DNA from: an uncultured Desulfospira sp. | GTDB lineage: Bacteria; Desulfobacterota; Desulfobacteria; Desulfobacterales; Desulfobacteraceae | DNA length: 64,000 nt | Assembly: GCA_963663165.1 (NCBI GenBank) | Contig: OY760175.1 | Coordinates: 4,864,001-4,928,000 of the forward strand | Direction of reading: 5' to 3' | Shown: positions 39,048 through 48,016 of the stretch, piece by piece | How positions within the stretch are numbered: position 1 is the first letter of the stretch | Layout: every line of letters begins with the position of its first letter | Position numbers and translations under genes: made by a program | Notes under the pieces: generated by a model | The model's input: only the letters and a program-made list of their open reading frames with translations | Databases searched by the model: none | What the model was told of the DNA's origin: nothing

Positions 39048-40103
39048 ATGAAAAACAGAAAAATGCGTCGATGTACAGTCGGTTTTGCTTTTTTGGCAGC
39101 CATAACTTTTGCAGCGATAGTGACAGCGGTTCCGGCCAAGGCGGAGCCTGTAACGTTAAAGCTGGCCAGTTTTCAACCCAGCACCAGCAAAACCCATGAA
39201 CAGTTTGTGGCATGGACCCAGTTGATCGAAAAAGAAACCGCCGGAAAAGTCAAATTCGTCCTGTTTCCCGGTTCAACCCTTTCAAAACCGCGGGATACCT
39301 ATAATTCTGTTGTCAACGGACTTGCCGACCTTGGCTGGACATTAAGCGGTTACAGCAAAGGCCGGTTTACAGTATCGGAAGTCATTGCCCTGCCTCTCGG
39401 CTTCGAAAATTCCATGCATGCGTCCCAGGTTATGTATGATCTTTATGATAAATATGAAGCTATCCGTGAGGAATACAAAGACGTTCATCTGTTGTGGCTC
39501 AGCCCCGGCAATATGCGCCAGATTCACTCCAGCGTCCCTATCCGGACCCCGGAAGATCTTAAAGGGCTCAAGGTCCGTGTGCCGGGTTCGGAAGCCGACT
39601 ATGTGCTGGGGTTATCGGCCGTCCCGGTTTCCATCGGCGGTCCGGAAGTATACGAAGCACTGGAACGGGGTGTTCTTGACGCAGATTTCCATCCCTGGGA
39701 GGCCGTCGTCACTTATCGCTGGTATGAAATCATCCGGTACCACACTCAGGCGGATCTCTACGGCGGGGGCCTGTTTATTTTTGCCATGAACAAAAACGTA
39801 TGGAACAAACTTCCGGCCGACGTACAGCAGGTTTTTGACAAATACAGCGGCCGATACGGCTCTTTTGAAGTTTCTGCCAAAGGCATGTGGGACAATTGGG
39901 ACAGCCACTACAAAGATTTTATCAAATCAAATACCCAGAACGAGGTAATTGAATGGAGTGCTGAAGACAAAGAAAGAGCGCAAAAGATGATGGGTGACAA
40001 AGTTGAACCCAAATGGCTCAAAGCCGCTGCCGCCAAAAAAGCTCCGGCACAGGAAATTCTTAACGATTGTAAACAGTTATTGAAAAAATACATGAATAAA
40101 TAA
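39048..40103 (+). CDS. dctP: TRAP transporter substrate-binding protein
   Basis: Signal peptide; PIRTPEDLKGLKVR, EVYEALERGVLD; AGGAGG RBS. Confidence 0.9.
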   Translation: MKNRKMRRCTVGFAFLAAITFAAIVTAVPAKAEPVTLKLASFQPSTSKTHEQFVAWTQLIEKETAGKVKFVLFPGSTLSKPRDTYNSVVNGLADLGWTLSGYSKGRFTVSEVIALPLGFENSMHASQVMYDLYDKYEAIREEYKDVHLLWLSPGNMRQIHSSVPIRTPEDLKGLKVRVPGSEADYVLGLSAVPVSIGGPEVYEALERGVLDADFHPWEAVVTYRWYEIIRYHTQADLYGGGLFIFAMNKNVWNKLPADVQQVFDKYSGRYGSFEVSAKGMWDNWDSHYKDFIKSNTQNEVIEWSAEDKERAQKMMGDKVEPKWLKAAAAKKAPAQEILNDCKQLLKKYMNK

Positions 40104-40113
40104 AAGGCATGCC

Positions 40114-40632
40114 ATGAACGACGCAATGAAAGGCGGCACAGTAAACACGGTCTTGCAATACATCAACACCATTTCGCGGGGGTTCTGGTTTGTCAGCTTC
40201 GCCACACTGGTGCTCATGATGCTGCTCACGGCAACCGACGTATTCGGCAGATATTTTTTCAAACATCCGGTGCGTGATGCCCTGGAGCTGACCGAATTGC
40301 TGCAGGTAATAACGGTTGCTGCGGGGCTTGGCTACACCCAGAAGCTCAAAGGCCATATCGCGGTCGACTTGCTCACCAATCAACTGCCCCAAAGCTGGCA
40401 AAAGGGATGTGAGGCATTTGGCAATCTGATCTGTCTTATGCTGTTCGCCCTGTTTTCATGGCAGGCCTTTAATGGTGCCCTCATGGAGTGGAACAACGGT
40501 GTTACCGTCGGTTCATATGAAATACCGGTCTGGCCGTTTTACGGCTTTCTGGCCATGGGTTGCCTGGTTACATTCCTGTCGTTTCTGTCTGATTTGTTAA
40601 CATTATTTATCCCGGAGGAAATTACAAAATGA
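40114..40632 (+). CDS. dctQ: TRAP transporter small permease
   Basis: 4 TM helices; DVFGRYFF, GHIAVD. Confidence 0.9.
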   Translation: MNDAMKGGTVNTVLQYINTISRGFWFVSFATLVLMMLLTATDVFGRYFFKHPVRDALELTELLQVITVAAGLGYTQKLKGHIAVDLLTNQLPQSWQKGCEAFGNLICLMLFALFSWQAFNGALMEWNNGVTVGSYEIPVWPFYGFLAMGCLVTFLSFLSDLLTLFIPEEITK

Positions 40633-41927
40633 TTACCACCGGCATTCTTATCTGTCTGGTCCTCGTTATCCTGATCTTGCTGCAAGTTCCTGTCGGTGCG
40701 GCCCTGGCCTTTGTCGGATTTTTGGGAATGATCCTGATCACCAACTTGAATTCGGCATTGGGAGCGCTGTCAACAAGCGTGTATTCGTGTATCGCATCCT
40801 ATTCCATGAGCGTTGTGCCGCTGTTTGTTCTGATGGGGTATTTTGCCTTTCACGCCGGCCTCAGTCATGACATCTACCGGGCCGCCAATATCTGGCTGTC
40901 CAGGATCAAAGGCGGTATGGCCATCGCTACCATCATCGGATGCGGCGGATTTGCCGCATGCTGCGGGTCGAGTGTGGCCACCGGTGCCACCATGACGGCC
41001 ATTGCCCTGCCGGAAATGCGAAAATATGGTTATGATGAACGGTTGATCACAGGAAGCCTTGCCGCCGGCGGCGTTATCGGCATCCTAATCCCCCCAAGCA
41101 TTTGTTTTGTGGTGTACGGTATCATCACGGAGCTGTCCATCGGAAAATTGTTCATTGCGGGCATCCTGCCGGGAATTCTTGAGGTGGTCTCTTTTATTAT
41201 CACCATCCAGATTCTATGTAAGCTCAACCCCGACTTTGCGCCACAGGGTGCCGGCGAAACGCTGCCCCTTAAGGAAAAAATCGGAGCGCTTATCCGCACC
41301 TGGCCGATTCTGCTGCTTTTTGGCATTGTCATCGGCGGCATTTACGGGGGGATCTTCACCCCGACCGAAGCGGGCGGTATAGGCGCTTTCGGCGCTTTGG
41401 TGCTGATGGGTATCCGGGGCAGGCTGAACCGTGAAAATCTGGCCAAATCCCTGAATCAGACCGCGCGCACCACGGCAATGGTCTTTTTTATTTTGATCGG
41501 CGCCACGATCTTTGGCTATCTGCTGGCCGTAAGCCAGCTTCCCATGGAGGTGGCCGGCTGGATTGCCCCGCTGCCCGTAAACCGGTACGTTATTCTCACG
41601 GCCGTGCTGCTGCTGATTACCGCCTTGGGATTGTTAATGGATACACTGGCGATTCTGCTCCTTGTCATCCCCGTGATTTTTCCGACCATTCTGAACCTTG
41701 GTTTTGATCCCATCTGGTTCGGGGTGATCATGGTCAAGGTTTCGGAAATCGCACTGATCACCCCGCCGGTGGGCCTCAACGTTTATGTGGTTAAGGGCGC
41801 CGCATCGGATGTCAAATTAACGACCATATTCAAGGGGATCGTTCCATTCCTGATTGCAGATGTCCTTAATGTGGTTTTGCTGATCATGTTCCCCCAGATA
41901 GCCCTGTTTCTGCCGAATATGATGTAA
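40629..41927 (+). CDS. dctM: TRAP transporter large permease
   Basis: VPLFVLMG, GSSVAT, LIPPS, GIFTPTEA, DPIWFG, ITPPVGLN. Confidence 0.93.
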   Translation: MITTGILICLVLVILILLQVPVGAALAFVGFLGMILITNLNSALGALSTSVYSCIASYSMSVVPLFVLMGYFAFHAGLSHDIYRAANIWLSRIKGGMAIATIIGCGGFAACCGSSVATGATMTAIALPEMRKYGYDERLITGSLAAGGVIGILIPPSICFVVYGIITELSIGKLFIAGILPGILEVVSFIITIQILCKLNPDFAPQGAGETLPLKEKIGALIRTWPILLLFGIVIGGIYGGIFTPTEAGGIGAFGALVLMGIRGRLNRENLAKSLNQTARTTAMVFFILIGATIFGYLLAVSQLPMEVAGWIAPLPVNRYVILTAVLLLITALGLLMDTLAILLLVIPVIFPTILNLGFDPIWFGVIMVKVSEIALITPPVGLNVYVVKGAASDVKLTTIFKGIVPFLIADVLNVVLLIMFPQIALFLPNMM

Positions 41928-41991
41928 AAAAGGAACCACATTTTATGTTGACCAATCTAAACTGACTCAATAAAAAAGGAAGTACGATACA

Positions 41992-43149
41992 ATGACTGCT
42001 CATCAAGGAATACCCCGGAGCGCTGTTATATCCATCAGCGACATGCTTGAACAATGCGCCGGGGTTAAAGCCGGGCAGGAAGTCTTGCTGTTGGCACAGC
42101 TTGATGGCCTGTATGGCGGGGACAACCTGGTGGATACAACGGCCATTTCATGGATACAGCAAGCTGTCCAGCACCGGGGGGCAAAGGCCTCAATACTGTG
42201 GATTGATGAACCGGCGCAGCCACATGCCTGGCGTGTGCCGCCTGTTGTCAAGGCAGCCCTGTCTGCCTGCGATGTGTTCATCAACACCTCATTTGATCTG
42301 GTTTTTGAAGAAATGGTGGAATTGAAACAGTTTTTATGGGAAAAGCAGATCATCATGGTGCGCAACTTCGCAACGACCGCACCGCTGCTTTGCAGCACAT
42401 GGGCACAAACCCCCTATGAACTGGTCAGTGAGATCAGATATCAGGCGGCTGTGCCGATCAAGGAAGGACTCCCCTGGCAGCTTTTCGATGCCAACGGCAC
42501 CCATCTTGAGGGAACGATAAGCCCCGCCTATCACAAGGATCACCCCTGGTTTAAAAAATATACCACCCGCCGGAGCGAAGCCGGTACCTATCGCCCGTGG
42601 CCCGAATGGGTCGTACCGCCGATCTATTTGGCAGACACGAACGGGGAATTCATTTTCGACATTATGCTGAGCTGGTGGGCCCGCTATATCGGCATCTCGC
42701 CCTATTTTGACAAACCGGTTCGGCTCACCATCGAAGACAACCGGATAAAAAAAGTTGAAGGTGGCAGCGAAGCCGAAGCCCTGCGCCGTTTCCTGGCCGC
42801 TATGAAAGACCGCGTCGGCGACGGTGTCTACAATTTCGACTGTCTGCATTTCGGCATCCATCCCCAGGCGGCCGTGTCTGAGGCCCAATGTCCCCACATT
42901 CTGTACCGGCGGCTGATTGAGCATTCTCACAGCTCGAACATCCACGTTCATATCGGCGCGCCGTCAGCCACCCCCGGCTATCCGTATTGGATGCATTGCA
43001 CCGGTGACATCAGAACGGCCACCTTTCAGATCGGAGATACGGTTATTCATGACCGCGGCCGCCTGATGGTGCTGGATCATCCCGAAATCCGCAAAATTGC
43101 CGAAAAGTATCCGGGAAGGCCGGGAGTTGGCGGGGTAATGGATGGTTAA
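41992..43149 (+). CDS. Hypothetical metalloenzyme, distantly M29-peptidase/NicX-like
   Basis: PVRLTIEDNRI..VEGG.EA, LHFGIHP, HVHIG, HCTGD C-terminal His motifs. Confidence 0.5.
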   Translation: MTAHQGIPRSAVISISDMLEQCAGVKAGQEVLLLAQLDGLYGGDNLVDTTAISWIQQAVQHRGAKASILWIDEPAQPHAWRVPPVVKAALSACDVFINTSFDLVFEEMVELKQFLWEKQIIMVRNFATTAPLLCSTWAQTPYELVSEIRYQAAVPIKEGLPWQLFDANGTHLEGTISPAYHKDHPWFKKYTTRRSEAGTYRPWPEWVVPPIYLADTNGEFIFDIMLSWWARYIGISPYFDKPVRLTIEDNRIKKVEGGSEAEALRRFLAAMKDRVGDGVYNFDCLHFGIHPQAAVSEAQCPHILYRRLIEHSHSSNIHVHIGAPSATPGYPYWMHCTGDIRTATFQIGDTVIHDRGRLMVLDHPEIRKIAEKYPGRPGVGGVMDG

Positions 43150-43252
43150 GAAATGATCCCGGGATAACGTGTCCGATTTTCCCCCTCTCCGGTCGTGGAG
43201 AGGGGGGCTTCCGGGTTATAAAACTGACAGAAGAATTCGGTTTTTTACACGG

Positions 43253-44179
43253 TCATGTCGCGCCGGCCTCTTCGGCAAATCCCGTGTAAATGAATTTTTC
43301 CAGGTCTATTTTTTCGTAAATATTGCCCATTACATTGACGATGTAGTTTTGAATTTTTTCAAAATCATCAATGCTGGGCATGAGGCTGTCCGTTGTGATG
43401 CGATCTGCCGGCGAAGTTAAAATTTTCTCGACAACATTGATGTCCTGATTCAGGAAAAATACCCCGATTTTGGCGGCTTCACTGGTATTTTCCGTGATAA
43501 ATTTACCGGATTTGACAAGGCTGTTGGTAAATTCCTGAACCGCATTGGGAAAATACCGGATAATTTCGGTTTTGACCACCAGAACGCAGCAGGGGTGTCC
43601 CGGCCAGATGTTTTTGGACAATTCAAATTCGTCGCCTAACCCGGCCTTGATGACATTGGAGCCAAAGGGCTCGGCCACCAGAAATCCGCCAATGGTCCCT
43701 TTATCGTCAATTTCCACATAAGTGGGCATCTTGGACGGCGGCACCGTCTGCACCTCAACATCCTTGCCGATCCCTATTTCAAGGCCGTTATCGGCCAACA
43801 GTTTGTGCAGCAGCATGTTATGGGTGGACAAATGGAAGGGGATTAAAATATCTTTGCCCTTTAAGTCGCTGATCCGTTGTATGTTGGCGCTTTTGTTGGT
43901 GATCAGCACGCTTCCGTTTCGATGGCCCAAAAGGACCAGCCGGATGTCCTCTCCTTTTCTGAAGTGGTCCATGGACAGCGGTGCCAGCATAAATGCCGCA
44001 TTGATTTCCCCCCTTGAAAAGGCGTAGCTTAAAGTCTGCCAGTCGATGAACGGGCGGGGCTGAAGGTTGACGTATTTAAACTGTTCTTCTTTTCTGAGGA
44101 CCTTTCTTTCGGTTACGCCGAGAATAAGATGGTCTGCGATGTTTAAATAGCCGACCTTGATGGTGGGTTTGTTGTTCAT
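43253..44179 (-). CDS. NrtA/CmpA (NMT1-like) substrate-binding-fold protein without signal peptide
   Basis: IKVGYLNIADH, AFMLAP, HRNGS, STHNMLL, AEPF, WPGHPCCV. Confidence 0.8.
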   Translation of the reverse strand: MNNKPTIKVGYLNIADHLILGVTERKVLRKEEQFKYVNLQPRPFIDWQTLSYAFSRGEINAAFMLAPLSMDHFRKGEDIRLVLLGHRNGSVLITNKSANIQRISDLKGKDILIPFHLSTHNMLLHKLLADNGLEIGIGKDVEVQTVPPSKMPTYVEIDDKGTIGGFLVAEPFGSNVIKAGLGDEFELSKNIWPGHPCCVLVVKTEIIRYFPNAVQEFTNSLVKSGKFITENTSEAAKIGVFFLNQDINVVEKILTSPADRITTDSLMPSIDDFEKIQNYIVNVMGNIYEKIDLEKFIYTGFAEEAGAT

Positions 44180-44369
44180 TTTACCTCCGGGATAATGAAA
44201 AGGAAGTCCATATCTTCGCTTTCACAACAATTCAGGGGTGACAACCCAAGAATTAAATCGTATTAACAAGGTTTAATTGTTCATTCAGGGAGCCGTTAAA
44301 AATCGTATTTGAAAAGATTATGAAGAGTTTACACCAACAAACCGAATATTACAAATATCTTTGTTCAGA

Positions 44370-44447
44370 AAAAATTTTGATCAAATGATCAAAATTTTTC
44401 TTGACAGAGGGTTTGTCTGGCTTTATATTTTGGTCAAATGATCATAA
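44370..44447 (+). promoter_or_regulatory. sigma-70 promoter bracketed by two palindromic operators
   Basis: TTGACA (44401) -17 bp- TATATT (44424); AAAAATTTTGATCA-AA-TGATCAAAATTTTT (44370-44399) and TTTTGGTCAAATGATCATAA (44428-44447). Confidence 0.75.
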
Positions 44448-44459
44448 CAAGGAGAGCCA

Positions 44460-44813
44460 ATGCCCAGACCCAAGCGCCCCCGATGCATCGCATCCAGACC
44501 AGCGATTAAAGGGTTTAAGCCCAGGGGAGCCATAGAAACCGGAGAGGTTGTCCTCTCATTAGAAGAATTTGAAGCCCTCAGGCTCATTGATTATGAGGGG
44601 CTGGACCAGTCAGGGGCAGCCGAAGTGATGGATGTGTCCCGGCAGACCGTGGGCCGGATACTGAAAACCGCCCGCTTCAAAATTGCAGAGTCCCTGGTGA
44701 CGGCCAAACGGCTTACGGTCCAGGGCGGCTGTTATGAAATGCGGGGCCGGGGACGAGGCAGGGGCAGGGGCTGTCGGCATGGCCGGGGCAACGGCCATGA
44801 TCAGAACAGATGA
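44460..44813 (+). CDS. DUF134 family HTH protein
   Basis: MPRPKRPR, FKPRG, EEFEALRLIDYEGLDQ..AA..M.VSRQT. Confidence 0.9.
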   Translation: MPRPKRPRCIASRPAIKGFKPRGAIETGEVVLSLEEFEALRLIDYEGLDQSGAAEVMDVSRQTVGRILKTARFKIAESLVTAKRLTVQGGCYEMRGRGRGRGRGCRHGRGNGHDQNR

Positions 44814-44863
44814 GCTTATCCTTAAATTTATAAACCCAAAGGACGTTAAAGGAGGTGATAGCC

Positions 44864-45037
44864 ATGAGAAAAGGACAAGATAAGGCTGGCAGCCGGTTTA
44901 ACGGCCGGAACAGCAACTCAAACCAGGGCCAGGGCAGATGCCGGGGCGGCGGTCCCGGAAGATGCGGTGCCGGAACAGGCCAGGGCAAAGGCCGGTGCGG
45001 CAAGGGCCAGGGCCAGGGCCGCGGCCAAGGCAGATAA
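44864..45037 (+). CDS. Small Gly/Arg/Cys-rich protein
   Basis: AAGGAGGT RBS; GQGRCRGGGPGRCG repeats. Confidence 0.55.
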   Translation: MRKGQDKAGSRFNGRNSNSNQGQGRCRGGGPGRCGAGTGQGKGRCGKGQGQGRGQGR

Positions 45038-45137
45038 CCATAAAAACCAGAGGCTGAAGGCGCCTGGTTGAAAGATAATAAATATCGTTATTCCAGACAC
45101 CTTCAGCCAAGCATACATAATGCAAAGGAGAATTCAC

Positions 45138-45440
45138 ATGCCAGGATTAAACCAGAGAGGCCCGGAAAACATGGGGCCCATGACAGGAAGAAGAATGGGA
45201 AGATGCGTAACCGGTTCTCCCCAGGATCCGGCCGTTTATTCCGGCCAGGGATTTGGCTACGGACGGGGCCGGGGATGCGGCCGGGGATTCGGTCCCCGGG
45301 GCAGAGGGGCTGCCTTCTGGGGGGCGCCGGCAGGACCGGTAGCGCCGCAGACAAAAGAAGACCTGAATCTGAGGGCAAAGGCCCTGGAACAGGAACTTGA
45401 GGCCGTGAAAAACGAATTGAAAAATTTAAGTGGCGAATAA
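45138..45440 (+). CDS. DUF5320 family protein
   Basis: MPGLNQRGP...GPMTGRRMGRC, G/R-rich middle, coiled-coil tail. Confidence 0.85.
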   Translation: MPGLNQRGPENMGPMTGRRMGRCVTGSPQDPAVYSGQGFGYGRGRGCGRGFGPRGRGAAFWGAPAGPVAPQTKEDLNLRAKALEQELEAVKNELKNLSGE

Positions 45441-45615
45441 CGGTCCCGGACCGTCTTGGATTATCCAGCTAAGTCTCGGTCCACAATGAAAAATGAAAGT
45501 TTTTTCAGGTTGTTTGAGACTTTCATAAAACCGCCCCTTAAAGGGAAACGACCGGTCTTGCAGCACACAAGGCCGGCCGATTCCCTTTGCCGGGAAAAAT
45601 TACGGGAGATGAGAT

Positions 45616-46002
45616 ATGACAAAAGAATACAGCCTTACGGAAAGCCTTGAAGACTGCCTTGAAACCATATTGGAACTGCAGACCATGAATACGGTTGCCC
45701 GCTCAAAAGATATTGCCGCTAAACTGGACATTAAATGCGGTTCTGTCACCGGTACCCTTAAGAAGCTGGCCGACCGGGAACTGATCAATTATAAACCGTA
45801 CGGATACATCACCCTGACCCCTAAAGGCGACAAAATCGCCAAAGAGGTCACCACCCGCCATAATGTGTGCCGGCATTTTTTATTCAAATATCTTAATCTT
45901 GATGAACACGTTGCAGAGAAGACCGCATGCCGCATGGAACATGCCATGGACCAGGCGGCTTTTATGAAGTTCAAAGCGTTTGTTACCCGACTGGATGCCT
46001 GA
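45616..46002 (+). CDS. DtxR/MntR family metal-dependent regulator
   Basis: SLEDCLETI, SVT..LKKL, Y.PYG.I.LT..G, RH, ACRMEH. Confidence 0.88.
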   Translation: MTKEYSLTESLEDCLETILELQTMNTVARSKDIAAKLDIKCGSVTGTLKKLADRELINYKPYGYITLTPKGDKIAKEVTTRHNVCRHFLFKYLNLDEHVAEKTACRMEHAMDQAAFMKFKAFVTRLDA

Positions 46003-46634
46003 AAATCCGGATGGGCACATTTTTATGCCGTTGTCCATTCCCCTCTGTGTATTTGGGGAAAATTCCCGGCAATGGGACCATCCGTTGGGTTAAAATTTTT
46101 TTGCAGTAAAAAATTGAAGGAGATTGGTAAGATGCCAGTCTCCAACAATAGAACCGACTATTTTTATTCGGTGTTTATGGAAAAGAGAATTTTTTCACAG
46201 GCAGATTGTGGGCGCAGTGATCCGAATAAAATATTTGGTGCTGGTGTTGATTTTTAAGGGTTTGATGGTCAAAACTACTAATGATAGCCTGGAGATTGAA
46301 CTTCATATTTGGAGGATTTTGTTATTCGAAATAATCCTCAGTGAGAAATTTGAAATGATATCCCCACAATGCGTCTGATATTCAGCGCTGTTTTCGAAAA
46401 AACCTGGGCGGCAGCGAATAGGCATAGTCAGCACTATAGCATTTAACATCTACGGTTCATTTGTAGCCTGTTTCTTGTATTTTCTTAAAAGGTCTATTTC
46501 GGCACCAAAATGGGGCCGCTAAGAGCGGTCTCTGCAAGCTATAGCGGATTTTAATATTTAAAAACAACTGGTTGCAAGGATTTGCCTGGTCCAATTCCAT
46601 AGGCGGAATATCGGGTCGGACCAAGCTATATCCT

Positions 46635-47432
46635 TTATTCATAGGCATCTTGCTGCCAAATCACGGTGTTATTAGGGGCTATATTGCTGTTTTTGCCCTC
46701 AAAAAGAGGATTATAGGATTGTATTTCCTCTCGGATCTGTAATGTTTGCCCCTTTTCGATAATTTTACGACCTTTTGCCCTCAAACCCAATTGAGACAGA
46801 ATATCATTTATGAAATTGTTACTACCAACTGCCAGGCTTTCGGTCCATCTTTCCTTTCTCTTGATAATATCAGCTTTTAATGCACTATCAATCCAATTCC
46901 TGTGAGCTGTTTGAAAAGCATTAAAAGTATCAAAACCTGCTAAGGTTCTGACCTTTTCATAATCAATCAACACATTTTTTCGTCGTGGGTTTTGTACTTC
47001 ATTATAACCGCTCCAATGCCATTGGGACGGATGGTCTATAATTCCTGTCCTCACCATGTTCAAATCGATATAGGCAATGCATTTCCGGAGATGCTCGCCT
47101 GTTTCAACGGCCGTTGCATGATACCGGTCCTGCCGGAAAGCACCTTTCCTCTTCTTTCTGATATTATACTCTTGTCCAATCCTTCCAGCTAATAATTGAA
47201 CAGACTTTGGAATTACATCAGCGCTACCATTATCATATACCAATAGGTGTGTGTGGTTGGATGTTACAATATAATCAAGGACGACAAGGTGATATCTTTT
47301 CTTGGCCTGATAAAGCCACTGCATCCATCGGTGTCGATCCTTAGCGAATTTGAATAGAAATTCCATTTTATGACAACGATGGGTTAAGTGCCAGATGTGT
47401 CCTGGAATATAATGTCTATTCGCTCTTGCCAT
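46635..47432 (-). CDS. Second RAYT-like Y1 transposase
   Basis: MARANR..WHLTHRCH, TSNHTHLL (HUH), DRYHAT, YIDLNMVR; imperfect flanking IRs CGGGTCGGACCAAGC (46612-46626) and GCTCGGTCCCGACCCG (47531-47546). Confidence 0.85.
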   Translation of the reverse strand: MARANRHYIPGHIWHLTHRCHKMEFLFKFAKDRHRWMQWLYQAKKRYHLVVLDYIVTSNHTHLLVYDNGSADVIPKSVQLLAGRIGQEYNIRKKRKGAFRQDRYHATAVETGEHLRKCIAYIDLNMVRTGIIDHPSQWHWSGYNEVQNPRRKNVLIDYEKVRTLAGFDTFNAFQTAHRNWIDSALKADIIKRKERWTESLAVGSNNFINDILSQLGLRAKGRKIIEKGQTLQIREEIQSYNPLFEGKNSNIAPNNTVIWQQDAYE

Positions 47433-48016
47433 TTTTATTCCTATATTGCTCTTTTGGGCCCCCAAAAATCAATTATAGACCCGTTTTAGAGGGTATTTAT
47501 TAAGCTATTTCCTTAATTGACAGCCTTCTTGCTCGGTCCCGACCCGCTTTGCATTTTTCCTTAAATCAGGAATTAATTTACCCAAATATTGGGGTTAACT
47601 TTCGGGCTATCCTTTGTTTTTGAGTGGTTTATAGCTGTTTTTAAACTATTTCTGTCTCATTGTATTTGTTTGTATTTCCTTTGATTTTAATAGATTACAA
47701 AATCTTAACGGTTTTTAACAGTGGTTTTTTCCCCAAAATGGGCGGATTGTGATTTATAAGACTTTGAATTGCCCATAATCTGAACCGCATATGTTGACGG
47801 CAGTGCAGCAGGGGCCAAAGCCGGTGCCTCATAGGACAAAGCTTATACGGATTTGCAGACCGTCATGTATAATAAGGAGAACCCATCATGAAAAAACCCT
47901 GGCCGTTTTTATTGCCCTATGGCTGGTGTTGCTCACTTTCGGGGCTGCGCCCCCCTGCCTTGCCAGCAACGTGACGATAACCAAATTAGTGGGTAATCCC
48001 CCACTATCGAATAATA

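Noticed and set aside
46002..46634. Small ORFs between the MntR-like gene and the Y1 transposase
   Set aside because: Short, overlapping and motif-free; probably non-coding or decayed.
24279..47432. IS200/IS605 elements with TnpB or IscB next to the Y1 transposases
   Set aside because: No RuvC/Zn-finger ORF is adjacent to either gene; their motifs are RAYT-like.
47794..47865. Possible c-di-GMP-I riboswitch upstream of the exported-protein pseudogene
   Set aside because: Only loose GGCCAAAGCC / GGACAAAGC resemblance inside a TGACGG/CCGTCA stem; no GNRA loop or proper P2/P3. An Rfam scan is needed.
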